Assembly (NCBI GenBank): GCA_028534125.1
Contig: CM052818.1
Coordinates: forward strand, 39,248,001 to 39,312,000
Length of the DNA: 64,000 bases
DNA from: Lama glama
Lineage: Eukaryota
Reading direction: 5' to 3'
The notes under the pieces were generated by a model. The model was not told the origin of the DNA and did no database searches. It saw only the letters and a list, made by a program, of their open reading frames with translations. The translations under genes and the position numbers were made by a program. Positions 1-13,619 of this stretch are shown in pieces (positions within the stretch are counted from its first letter, which is position 1; every line of letters begins with the position of its first letter).

Positions 1-21
1 TGTCAGAATCTAGATGGAGAA

Positions 22-693
22 TTTTTTTTTTAATTGAAGTTTAGTCAGTTTGCAATGTGTCAATTTCTGGTGTACAGCATATTTCAGTCATACGTATACA
101 TACATATATTCTTTTCTATATTCTTTTTCATTATAGGTTACTATAAGATATTGAATATAGTTCCCCATGCTATACAGAAGAAACTTGTTTACCTATTTTA
201 TATATAATTGTTAGTATCTGCAAATCTAGAACTCCCAATTTATCCCTTTCCACACCCTCCCTTCCCCTGTAACTGTAAGATTGTTTACTATGTCTGTGAG
301 TCTGTTTCTGTTTCTTAGAAAAGTTCATTAGAGTCTTCCTTTTACTTTTTTTAGATTCCGTATATAAGTGATACCATATGGTATTTTTCTTTCTGGCTTT
401 ACTTCACTTAGAATGATGATCTCTAGGTCCATCCATGTTGCTGCAAATGGCATTATTTTGTTCTTTTTAATGGCTGAGTAGTATTCCATTGTATAAATAT
501 ACCACAGGCTTCTTAACCCAGTCATCTGTTGATGGACATTTAAGTTCTTTCCATGTCTTGGCTATTGTATATAGTGCTGCTGTGAACATTGGGGTGCATG
601 TATCTTTTCAAATTAGAATTCTCTCCTGATATATGCCCAGGAGTGGGATTGCTGGATCTTATGGTAAGTATTTTTAGTTTTTTGAGGAATCTC
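22..693 (-). mobile_element. 5'-truncated LINE-1 (ORF2 C-terminus, 3' UTR and polyA) in LAPTM4A intron 1
   Basis: Minus-strand translation WYIYTMEYYSAIKKNKIMPFAATWMDLEIIILSEV is the L1 ORF2 C-terminus. PolyT at 22-31. 12-bp direct repeat CTAGATGGAGAA at 10-21 and 694-705. Confidence 0.92.
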
Positions 694-1740
694 CTAGATG
701 GAGAAAATCTTGATAGGCAAGAATGTTAGTAAGATGAAATTTGATTGCAGATATATATAAGGGTTCATGCTTGCACCTCTGAATCCAACTATAGGTACAG
801 GTGGTAGCCTAACAGGATCAAGTATGAAAAAGAATTAAGGGTTTTATGGAGTCACTCATAGGTGACATTCAGAAAACTTAAGCAGCCAGTACAGTTTCAG
901 ACTGTATTACTTGAAATTTGTTAAACTAGCATATGGGAACTGAGGTCTGGTGTGTTGTGATTGGACTGATCTTCACTCATTTAAATAGTATGTTGAACAA
1001 ATTGGAGCATGTGTATAGAGGAGAGCAAAGAGAAACTAGTGAGGTAGCTGGAAACATGTAGTTAGAAAAATGGTTTAAGTACCTGAGTGTTTATTCTAGA
1101 AAAGACAGTATTTGGAGGCATGTGTTGGCTGCCCTTAGGTGTTAGGGGAGCACTTATTTGGAAGGGCTAGCAAACTAGCTCAAACGGTAGAATTAAGACC
1201 AATAGGTGAAAGTTAAGTGACATGATCAAAATCTTGGAAAGTCTTTTAACCATTTGAAGGTAGCTTTATAGGAAATAGTTCCCCATCACTAGATAGGAGA
1301 TAGTGTGGAGGGGCTTTCGGCTGATCTGCTGGATCATTACCTACTTTGCCGATGGATATTATGTTTATCTGATAGATAAGTATATTGGACTAACTGTAGC
1401 TTCTTTAAACCTGGAAATTCTGATACTGGGTTATGAATAAATATGTGACTCTGACATGAACAATTTGTGATGATCTCTCAACTTAAATTGGTATCCCTTT
1501 TTATTCTGTGGTATTAACACAGGATCAAACATCTTTTCTCTGAGACAGTATCAAGTTTATACTTTAATTTTATGAAATATTTATTTTAAACCATTCTTAA
1601 AGTGATAGTTGTGTATTACTTTATCTCATAGGTAGTCTCCTTTTTATGTCTTTGTTACTTTAAGTAAAACAATGTTCAGTAGGGGAAGATGTCTAAGGAT
1701 TATGATTATTCTGAAGACGCTTTCCTGGTTAATAATGTAA

Positions 1741-1914
<174 letters not shown>

Positions 1915-4890
1915 TAATTATGCGCACACTTGTGACTTAGGGGAGGATTGATTAAATTATGTTTGTTATTATACTTGCTGAGGCATAAAATGTTTTCCTA
2001 GGTTTTTCGAAGATACTCTGAGAATTATAATTGAGCATTTATAGCCAGAAAATGTAATGAACTGCTAGAAGATTTTTGAGAAATATGTATTGTACATTGG
2101 TCATTGATTTCTGTGGGGTACTATGGAGAGAGGAAGGAGAGAAGGAATTACAAAAAGACTAAGCCTTTGGGGGTCAGCTGACTAGTTGAGGATGGGAGAT
2201 TTGCTTGTGAAGCAAAATTTTACAGTAAAGTATAAAATATGAATTACTTGAATATTTGGTGATATCTTTTGCTCAGGGTACCAATTCTAAATACATTTTT
2301 ATTATTTAGATGAACACTTGACATTTGGAGTTAAAAATAGAGTACTCCTAGAACATTCATGGGAATTACCTTTTTTAACCTATTTAATTCCCTGAGAGCA
2401 GTATTTTCATTATTTATCTTTCTTTAAAATACAAGTTTAATTTTATATAAAAAATTACGTTAGCAATTTAATATTTGAAGAGAAAATTATCCTTCAGACT
2501 TTTCAGTGTGAACAATTTCTTACTCAGAAAAATTTCACTTCAGATAAATGTTCCCAGTTCACATGTGTTACATTTGTAATATTACAGGATCTTAATTGTA
2601 ATATTTTTAGATTATCTTTTATCAAAAAGTTCTGCAGTTCATTGCATTTTGATCTCTGATCTATTAATGAAGTGTTTTGTTTTGTTTTTTTAATTTGGTT
2701 GTTAATTCAAATGATTCATTGTCCACAGGGCTAACCTATTTCTAGGAGCCAGGTAGAGTTTTGTGGCCATCAGTTACATATATTGTAGTGTGATAGCACT
2801 AATAGTTGTTCATACTGTGTTTTTAAAGTGTTTTTTTTTTTTAATGAGTCTCCTAGTTTTCTTTTCAAATACAGTATGATCCTTTGATTTTGTCAAGTTG
2901 AGAGCAGAAATACCAAGAACATATAGAAACTATTCCTTCTGGTATTTGATTTTTTTTTCTGAGTAATCTACTTTTTTAACCAAAATAGAACAATAAATAA
3001 AATTTTGCTGAAGCTGCTAATGTCAGCATTTTCCTTTGTCATGTTGGCTTCTCCTCAAGTTGAGGCACAGAAAAAGACTTATGGTCATTGAGATTCTTGG
3101 AGGTCTGTACACTGGTTCTTTTGGAGCCGCAGGAAAGAGGTCACAGGTTTATTGCCTGTTGCATGAGTGTTATCGCTGCTGCAGAGGAAATCAGATGTAT
3201 TCATTATCATGTTTTTGTTGATTAAAATTCTGTCAAAGCCATGTTACTGAGAGACTATAAAAATACATAGTTCCTGGCCGTACGGTAGTTGGTATTTCTT
3301 TGGAAACTGAGTTTCCCACAGACCCAGTGTTACAGAGGTAAGTTAATTTCTGGTCATTGGCCTGATTACTGATTTTTTAAAATGAGGTTCATGATTAGTT
3401 ATTTTCAATCAGCCAAACAGGAAATGACACTTAGTGTATATGAACTGCTTCTGCAGCATATGCAAGCTATTTCTCAAATATGAATGTGTCCTTATTTATA
3501 TTCACGTTGGAGATAGATGAAGACTTAGGGGCGTCCCAGAGAAGATGCTGAATATGGTGGTGGATGGAAACCTGAGGCTCATATCCGGGCATCTAGCCCC
3601 TCATATTCTGTTTGCTTTATTGGTTCACAAGTACTGGAGTGTCTCTGGATCCAGGCATTATATGTATTTCCCACCCACCACCCATCTCACCTCTGTTTTG
3701 CTATTTGTTGCTCCAATGGAAGACCTTGAACTTCACTTTAACTATTATTTCAGTACTTTAAGAAATGGAAATACATGCGTAGTCTTCCGGTAGCAGATTC
3801 TAGAAAGCTGATTGTTTGAATTATAAATTTTGCTCTCACGTTTGATAGTACCTATCCTGTTCAATATCATATTTTGTTTATATTTGATTTCTTCCCTTTG
3901 AGTGCTATTTTGCATGCTGCAGCAGGGAAGTCCTTTAAATCCTTACCATTTAGCTATCCTCTATCCTCTAGGAAAATTTAAAGAGGGCTGTTCTTAGTTT
4001 AGTGCCAAACAGTGATGCTGTTTGAATTGCTAGTAACAAGATGATACATGACATTTAGCGAATAGTGTGAACATTAAGCATTTAGTCTACTCATTCGTCA
4101 TTGTTAGTGCCTGAAAGGTTCTCAATATCCATCCAGAGTCAGTCCATTTTAGATTTGTGCTAAGAAACTCATCAAGTGTGGTTTAGTACTGACTAAGTTA
4201 CATGGGTGCTTTTTGAGAAAATTAGTGAACATGGATTAATGCAGAGAAAGGGAACAGCCTGAGGAAGAGTTGAGCAAAGAACATAGACTGTGTGTAGCAG
4301 AGAAGCCAGGATGAAAGGATGCGGAGCCAGGAATCTGGATGTCGGCATGGAGTGGGGTAGGAGGAGGTATTAATGGAGAGCCTGAAATTTCAGATTATTT
4401 GTTTTATCTAAAGCAAGAGGAGACATCTGTAGCATTCTGTGTTTAATATATCTGCCTTTTGAGCAAATACCAGCCTTTCCCTCCGGCTGAGCCCTTATGT
4501 CACAAAACCCAACTTGTGTCGTTTCTTTCATATTTTTTCCCAGATTTTACAGGCAAAACTAGTTGTTTCTGCTTCTGTTGTAGCCCTTGCCACATTGGAT
4601 TATAATTGTCTATTTGCACATCTTTAGACTCTCAGACTGGGCAGCGATCTTCTCCCTAGCAGAGTATCTGGCTCATGTGCCATCCTAAGTGTCCGTGAGT
4701 TGTGGCAATTTAACAAGAAAAACAAAGGCGTGAGTTTCTCAAGCTTTATTAGTTAATGCTGAGACAGATTTTTTTTTTTATTCTCTTGGCCTTAGGTTTT
4801 TTTCCATAGCCAATCTTGAAAATACTCAGTTTTTTAAGCTAGCTTTGAAACATTGCCATAAAGAGTTCACTTTTTTGGGTACATGAGTAG

Positions 4891-5016
<126 letters not shown>

Positions 5017-5044
5017 TAAGTTTCAGTATTCGACCTTTTACTGA

Positions 5045-5233
<189 letters not shown>

Positions 5234-5833
5234 TAAACTCTTTAAGTAAAATATTTACGTAGAAATTTGGAGTCATCTTAGGTACTATTCTTATTAATCT
5301 GTCCTCTCTATTTTTTAAGTGTTTTAAAATTATTATTATTATTACGACTCTTACCGACCATGTTGAAACCAGTAAGATGAAAACAGAATATCTTCTTACC
5401 ATACCCTTTGGATAATCCAGTATAAAAAGTCCCTAAAGATAGATATCATAGAACTTCAGAAGTAGTTCAGCTTTTGTTTTGAGCATATGAAAAGTATTAT
5501 AATTCAGCTGCATTTGGCACTCATTGGAGTTTTAGCTTTCTGTCTTTGCAAGCATCTGTAGCAAATATTTGAGTGCTTACCATATCCTTCACTCTATTCT
5601 AGGCAAATTGTTGGTGAGTGGTTTAGATATAAACAGAAGTTCCTTCTCTTCAAGGAGCAAATCATGTATTTGGGGAGCTAAGACATGAAGATCTTACCTG
5701 TGATAATGAATCAGGACTGTCCCATGACAGTAAATGAGGCGCATGGATTAATTTGGTATTCCTAAGATGTGTTCTAGGTTATCACAAAGTGCAAAATGGA
5801 GGTGCCATGGCTGAATATAAGTGTGTGTATGTG

Positions 5834-6156
5834 TTTAATTAATAAACTAGTTTTTTAGAGCAGTTTTAGGTTCATAGCAAAATTGAACAGAAAGTATAGA
5901 GAGTTCCCATATACTCCTTCCCCCACCCTACTAGCCACATCCTAAACCACAGTGGTATGTTTGTTGTAATTGATGAACCTGCATTGACACATCATTATCA
6001 CCCAAAATCCGTAGTTTACATTCGGGGTCATTTTTGGTATTGTACAGTCTTTAGATTTGGACAGGTGTCAGATGACCTTTACTCATCATTGTAGTATCAT
6101 ACAGAGTTGTTTCCCTGCTCTAAAAATCCTTTCTGCTTCACCTACTCATTCCCCCC
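5834..6156 (-). mobile_element. Old L1 (L1MC-like) 3' end fragment, antisense
   Basis: TTTTTTAGAGCAGTTTTAGGTTCATAGCAAAATTGAACAGAAAGTATAGAGAGTTCCC...CCCTGCTCTAAAAATCCT resembles the reverse complement of L1MC 3' UTR consensus as recalled. Confidence 0.75.
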
Positions 6157-6166
6157 TTTTTTATAG

Positions 6167-6262
6167 CCTGATTTTCCCTATAAAGATGACCTCCTGGCAT
6201 TGGACTCCAGCTGTCTCCTGTTCATTGTTCTTGTGTTCTTTGCCTTGTTCATCATTTTTAAG
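6167..6262 (+). CDS. LAPTM4A: LAPTM4A exon 5
   Basis: ttatag|CCTGAT...TTTAAG|gtgag, 96 bp. Encodes [32 protein letters not shown]. Confidence 0.97.
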
Positions 6263-6791
6263 GTGAGTTGCTTACTGAATATTTGGGGACCCATTTGGAC
6301 TGTGACACTGTCCATCTCAGCCTTCTTGTTGGTTATCTCCTTCCAGTTCACAGTGAGTGAGTGTTTATTCTGACATAGTACAAGAGATAGATTTTAGGCA
6401 GTGTCCTCCCTCTTCCTTCCAGGCAGTGGTTGGAAATGCCAGGATTCTTCCTAAGTGTAACACCATTATGTTGTTGGATGTGGCTCATGATTTGGACTGA
6501 AAATCTGTTAAAATTCCCAAGGTCCAGAAACAGAATTTCTTCTGTAGCACAATGATTGTCACATCTGAATTGAAACCCCAACTCTGGTTTCTCTGTAAAA
6601 CGGTGATAATAAAACTTGTGACATTTAAGTGAGAGCAAGTAGGGAAAGCACCTGTGTTAGGTCCAGATGGATGTCACTTCCCTTCTCCATAGAGAAAACA
6701 TAGGGGAGAGCCTATTAAAAGTCACCTTAATTTTAGAGCAGGTCATCTGTTGAGTTTCGAGCATATGTAAATTTTGTTTGTATTCTTTTAG

Positions 6792-6932
<141 letters not shown>

Positions 6933-7803
6933 TGATTATTCCCAGAAGAAGAATCTGGATCTTGACTTTGTCTTTGAAGCCATAACTGTGGTTTTGGGCA
7001 TGGGTAGCTTAAGTCCACCAGTTTCAGCATCTCCTAGTTGGCATCCTGGGTACGTGGGCTAGAGACACTATGCACTGCTCATCTCATCCTGTTCAGCCGC
7101 TAGGTTTGGTTTCTAAGTGGTCTCCAAGAGTTACATTTTTGCGGGGAGATCAGACAGGGAACAGCAGTGTGAGCAATGCCAGGCTCTTGGCTTCTGGAAC
7201 TTCTAAAGTTAGGGTACCATCGGCTGTAGTATATGTTGCTATCAGAAACATTAACATGATGCAGAGGGGAGACTGAATTTCCTGTGGGGAGACGAGTGCG
7301 GTGGGTACCTCTCGGGGCCCTCTAGTTGCTGCTGTGCTGTCTTCCCAGGTTTCCAGCATGTAAATTATACGTGACCCATGTAGGGCCAGCGTGTCACATG
7401 GGAGTCACTTAGGTTCAAGTTCCACCCTCCTACGTAGATGTGCCTTTTACCCTAGAGCAAATGATACAAGTACCTGATGCTTGGACTACAGATTGTGATG
7501 AAATTCAGGATCCAGCCACTTATTGGGGCCTTCATTTAGCATGGTACAGAGGGGCCCTTATCCGAGATCCTCAGTTCGTAATATGTACTTGACATTGCTG
7601 CTTTATCAGTCGCACTGGAGCAAGGGGAGGGCGGTGGCATGTACCACCTGTCAGGATGTCCTGGTGGCATCAGGGTCAGTTCAGAAGCAAAAATTTGTCT
7701 GCCCTCACCCCATCCTTCCATCCATGCATCTCTAGTAGTCTTGAATCAGACTTGTCACCTGCATGTAAATAAAGTTACAGGTTTTTAGCTTTACTCTCAG
7801 GAA

Positions 7804-8005
7804 CTGTTGACCCTTAGACAACGCGGGTTTGAACTGTGAGTGTCCATTAATAAGCAGATGCTTATAGTACTATGTGATCTACAGTTGGTTGGATCCACAG
7901 AGGTGGTACTTCAGATATGGGGGGCTGACTGTAAGTTATATGTGGATTTTTAACTCTGCGGAGAGTCGGCGCCCTGTAACCCCTGCATTGCTCAAGGGTC
8001 AGCTG
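7804..8005. mobile_element. Non-autonomous Tigger2/MER8-like DNA transposon (TcMar-Tigger)
   Basis: Terminal inverted repeats CTGTTGACCCTT...AAGGGTCAGCTG followed by TA. The start resembles the Tigger2 terminus CAGTTGACCCTTGAACAACACGGGTTTGAACTG. Confidence 0.8.
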
Positions 8006-8068
8006 TATTTAGCTAACAGTTTCTTCAGCTCTTCTCCATGAGTTTGTATACCCCTGTTTGAGATGTGA

Positions 8069-8218
<150 letters not shown>

Positions 8219-8745
8219 AGAAATTCTGCCTTTGTCAATAAACCCTACACCAGCTTTTTGTCTTGTTTATTTTCAGAATGCTGCAATGCAGGGCTCTTCA
8301 GACTTGTTTGATATAAAGTACATTTTCCTTTGTTTAAGCATTTATTTTTAAACACTAACAAGCTTTTTGGACATCTGTTAGAATTCAGAGTTCGTTGTTG
8401 TTGTTGAGTATATTACATTTAAATAGTTTTTGAAGACAATCTAGGTTAAGCAAGAGCAAAGTGCCACTGTTTGCCTTTGATTGGGGGGTGGGGAGGGGAT
8501 ACTCTACACATTTTCTTTTTTAACTCTGCACTTTCTTTATATAATAGTTTGCATTTTGGTTATTTGCTGCCCTGGATACTTTCAGGAACAATGAATTAAA
8601 TATTCAGGGTGAGTGAGCTGAGTATAAGATCTGGAGTTTTCAGCTATGAAAACAGGAAAAATATATAACATTTTAACTTGACTGTGGAAGAGGATGGTTG
8701 CATGTTTCTAATTTGTATGTTTCCATCTTTGTGATAAGAAGCTTT

Positions 8746-8751
8746 AATAAA
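8746..8751 (+). terminator. LAPTM4A: Probable main LAPTM4A polyadenylation signal (alternatives at 8237 and 8823)
   Basis: AATAAA followed by a GT/T-rich downstream element (tttgttggttttttt). Confidence 0.65.
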
Positions 8752-10498
8752 TCTCTTAAATATTTGTTGGTTTTTTTAATCTATTACCATTTTTTGGTAT
8801 ATGAAACAACATTTTCTATTACAATAAACTCAGACTGCCCGGCTTTTAATTTGAAAATATTTCTTTAATCCAGTAACTGAAATATTATTGAAAGTTATGG
8901 CAAAAATGGTACTTGAATCCCTGGATAGAAATTACATTAGCATTGATGGTTTGATAGAAAAATTATATGATTAGTATAGTGAGCCATGTTTTTATGTTGA
9001 GATAATTTAGTCAGGGAATGAATGCATCAAGAATAATTCAAGGTAAAATGTATCAGTTGACCTTCAGAGTGTGTTTTACTGAAACCTTTATGGTTTTAGA
9101 ATATTTTTCAGAATCAGGGATGACTTCTCTGGGGTAGGTCTCACTTTGTATAAAACTGTAATGGAAATCTCAAGATCAGGTTTTCTTGATTGTTGCTGTT
9201 GGCTTAAATCTATTGTTCTCTGTTGAAGATCATGCTAAGCAGTATTTAAGATACTAACCCAGCTGGTACTAGCCTTTTGATACTGGTGCAGTTACATCAC
9301 AGTGTGAACACATCAGGACCCTGACCTGGTGGGGCACCTTTTAGTGCTGGGAGTTTGGCCCACAGTCTACATAGCCAGGCTCGACAGCCCCAACTGGGCA
9401 TGCTCCTCTCCCTGGGGTGGAAATGATTGACCGTTATGACTGCTAATCACTACTTCATTCAAAGCAGGTTTATCTTCTGGAAAAGAACACAGACCTTAGA
9501 CTTTAAATAAGAGAACAGTCATAGAATATGTTAAATCCCAATCATTTCCCCCAAGGAAGAAGAGAAATTTATTGTTAAGGGGTCATTTTCTAGTAGTGGG
9601 AAATCTTGTCACATAACAGGTAACTATCCTAATAAATATGCCAAAAACTGCCAAAACAGTTTTTTAACAGATTAAAAATGAACAGATAAAAGTCATTTTT
9701 CTTCCCTCTGCTAGTTCTAGAGAAAAACTTTCGTAGCTTACTTAGTGTATTTGATTCTAAAATGAAGGTAGAGAGCATTGAAAGATAACTGTTGAAATAT
9801 TTAGCCCTGTTTTTAAAAATATGTAGCAACTTCACCTTAAGTGAGTAGCTCATACATTTCACCATTCTGACTCCTAAATTTGACACTCTTTGTATTCCCA
9901 CAAAAATGTCTCAGGAGATATCGATGCCCTCCTAAACCACGAAGTTCTGTTACTGTTTCTAACTTCAGTTCTGGTTTTTATCATTCATTGTTAACTACTC
10001 AACCTTCAAAGTCACTTTTCTCTTGGCCTTCAAAATATTTTATTGAGGTTTGCCTATCGTTTTAATCTAATCAGTTTCCTTCTCTTGCTGTTTTCATCCA
10101 CATTTACATTTGTCCATGCCACTCTGTTCTGGTTTTGGCCATCTTGCTTCACTTTCTCAGCTTTTACTCACCAATAGGAATGTAGCTGCAAAAACTTGCA
10201 GAGTTCTGTTTCTGAGTCTTGTCAACGTGAGAGTCCTGTGAGGATCTTGTTTCCAAAATTGAGCTCACCATAATATACGTTCTCTCTGGCATCAGCACAT
10301 TTGCTGTGTTGGGAAGGGTGCAATCTTTCTGTTGGGCTCCAGTTCTCACTTCTGCCTAATCTTGAGCAAAGTTTAATGCAATTCAACTCGGAAGTTTTCA
10401 GCATGTATTTTGTTTCAGGTGCAAGAAATGCAGGGATGGGCAAATTGTAATTTAAAAAATTCCCTGGTCTTATTTTAGTGGGAAGAGACAGAAGATTT

Positions 10499-11785
10499 TT
10501 TTTAACATTTTTTATTGATTTATAATCATTTTACAATGTTGTGTCAAATTCCAGTGTTCAGCACAATTTTTCAGTCATACGTGGACATATACACGCTCGT
10601 CACATTTTTTTCTCTGTTAGTTACCATAACGTTTTGTGTAAATTTCCCTGCGCTATACAGTATAATCTTGTTTATCTATTCTACAATTTTGAAATCCCAC
10701 TCTATCCCTTCCCACCCTCCACCCCCCTGGCAACCACAAGTCTGTATTCTCTGTCTATGAGTCTATTTCTGTCCTGTATTTACGCTTTATTTTTGTTTGT
10801 TTGTTTTTTAGATTCCACATATGAGTGATCTCATATGGTATTCTTCTTTCTCTTTCTGGCTTACTTCACTTAGAATGACATTCTCCAGGAGCATCCATGT
10901 TGCCGCAAATGGCATTACGTTGTCGGTTTTTATGGCTGAGTAGTATTCCATTGTATAAATATANNNNNNNNNNNNNNNNNNNNNNNNNNNNNNNNNNNNN
11001 NNNNNNNNNNNNNNNNNNNNNNNNNNNNNNNNNNNNNNNNNNNNNNNNNNNNNNNNNNNNNNNNNNNNNNNNNNNNNNNNNNNNNNNNNNNNNNNNNNNN
11101 NNNNNNNNNNNNNNNNNNNNNNNNNNNNNNNNNNNNNNNNNNNNNNNNNNNNNNNNNNNNNNNNNNNNNNNNNNNNNNNNNNNNNNNNNNNNNNNNNNNN
11201 NNNNNNNNNNNNNNNNNNNNNNNNNNNNNNNNNNNNNNNNNNNNNNNNNNNNNNNNNNNNNNNNNNNNNNNNNNNNNNNNNNNNNNNNNNNNNNNNNNNN
11301 NNNNNNNNNNNNNNNNNNNNNNNNNNNNNNNNNNNNNNNNNNNNNNNNNNNNNNNNNNNNNNNNNNNNNNNNNNNNNNNNNNNNNNNNNNNNNNNNNNNN
11401 NNNNNNNNNNNNNNNNNNNNNNNNNNNNNNNNNNNNNNNNNNNNNNNNNNNNNNNNNNNNNNNATTAGGTCCCATTTGTTTATTCTTGCTTTTATTTCTA
11501 CTAGGAGAAAATTTTTGAAATGTATGTCAGATAATGTTTTGCCTATGTTTTCCTCTAGGAGGTTTATTGTATCTTGTCTTATGTTTAAGTCTTTGATCCA
11601 TTTTGAGTTGATTTTTGTATATGGTGTAAGGGAGTGTTCTAGCTTCATTGTTTTACTTGCTGCTGTCCAGTTTTTCCAACACCATTTGCTGAAGAGACTG
11701 TCTTTATTCCATTGTATATTCTTGCCTCCTTTGTCGAAGATTAGTTGACCAAAAGTTTGTGGGTTCATTTCTGAGCTCTCTATTC
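10499..11785 (-). mobile_element. Young 5'-truncated LINE-1 spanning the assembly gap
   Basis: Minus [33 protein letters not shown]...INKWDL matches L1 ORF2. Perfect 16-bp target-site duplication AAGAGACAGAAGATTT at 10483-10498 and 11786-11801. Confidence 0.95.
10964..11463. other. Assembly gap (500 N)
   Basis: Run of N. Confidence 1.
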
Positions 11786-13619
11786 AAGAGACAGAAGATT
11801 TAAAGTTAACTGTAAGCTGTATAGTAAGTGACAGAGCTATGGAGGAGAAAAGGAAACAAGGAAAGAGGATGAAGGGTGCAATTTTAAACGGCAGGAAAGG
11901 CCACACTTAGAAAGTGACACGTGAGCAAGACCCAAAGCATGAGGGAGGAAGAACATCCCAGGCAGAGGGACTTGGAATATCCAAAGACAGTGAGCTTGGT
12001 AAGTGGAGAGGGAGGTGAGTGGGCAGTTGTGGGTGACAAGCTCAGAGAGGTGTTACATTGGCCATTATAGATCATTACGATGTCTCTTAGTGGCAGGAAA
12101 CTACAGGGGGTTTCCAAACAGATGAGAGTCCTGAAATGACTTGTACAATTTCTCTGAGTCTGTTTTCTCACCTGGAAAGGGACTTATAACTCACAGAGTT
12201 GTAAATAAATGCTGTAATTCATATGCCTACCCTGGTACAGAGCATAGTACATGACAAAAAAAAACAGCTGCTATAAAATGGACTGTACAGAGGAGTTGCC
12301 GAGAAATCACATAATGGATTCAGACAAACTTGGTTTTAAACTCCAGTTCTGCCACTGATTGACCACGTGAGCATGGCCAAGTTATTTAACCTCTGTGAGC
12401 TTTTATTTGCACAGTATCTTCCTAAGATGCGGACAGGGTACAGTGCTTCTTAGCACAAGGGCACACTTATAAGTACTCAAAAGAATATAACATGAAATAT
12501 TTAAAAATACTTCAGTAAATGGTCAATTCTGTAAATTGGCCATTTCCTCCTTTGATTCCAATGACCTACTGGAGTTGTTAGGGGTGTAGTAAATGTTTAC
12601 TGAATGAAACAATTTGTCTCTACAAAATTTTCACTGCTAATAGATTCTTTTCGGTATAAATTGGATATCATTCAAATGTGAGGCTCACCACATCTACATT
12701 TAAAGGGTCTTAAAACATGAAAAGAAGAGACTATGTTGATAAATCGTACATTTTATTCCTTCTGTTTGGTGGTGTCCTGATCACTCTGTTTCCCCATCTG
12801 TGACTAATTTGTTTAGTGATCGTGGAAGTTTGTTCTAAGTCTAGTTGTTCCGATGTTCCTTGTAGGCAAATGTTGATGTGCCATTTTCAGGTCTCCTTTT
12901 GCTTTCAGAGAAGGAAGGTGTTGTAAATAAGCCCAGGATTTGACTGAACAAAAAATTTACACCTTTGCTTTTCTGAGGTTGCTTTGTTTTTCTATAAAAG
13001 TCATGACTTCAAGTATGAGAAAATAATTTAGAAGCAAGATGAATGTTGCCAAAGAACATGAAATTCAAACATAGGAGTGAAGCAGAATGGGGCTGTTGGA
13101 ATGAGCAGTGGATCTGGATAGTTGGAGTTAAATTCCCCATTTCACCAGGCTATTACTCTCTCATCTTGGGAAATTTAACTGGGATGTTAATTTCAGTTCC
13201 TGCATCTAAAATCAAGAAGATGCAAATTCCTGACCTATGGACTTATTGGAGGTGTTCTTAGGATCAAGTGAGGTAACAGACATGGGAGGGTTGGCAGCTA
13301 TAAAGCCCTGTGCAAATATTATCATGGGTAGGGGTGGGGGGCGGTGAGCAAGGAGTAGCTGGAGGACGTCCTGAAGAGGGAGAAGAAAAGTATTTGACCT
13401 AAAAACCAGAAAAAGGGTAACTTTTCTGCCTGTTAGAAAGGAGCTTTGTATCTCTCATCATTCAATTAGGGAGCTCAAAATCTAGACAGGGTATCAGGAA
13501 ACCTGATTTATATTCCTGGCCCTCCCATCAGTTGAATGACATTAGTAAATAACTCTTTGCAAGCAAGTGGCTGACCAGATTCCCTCTTCCTCTGCCCTTC
13601 CTTGACTCTTATTTTTTAT

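Noticed and set aside
10866..11768. Long ORFs of 181-300 aa across 10.9-11.8 kb
   Set aside because: Artefacts of the 500-N gap. The real part is an L1 ORF2 fragment.
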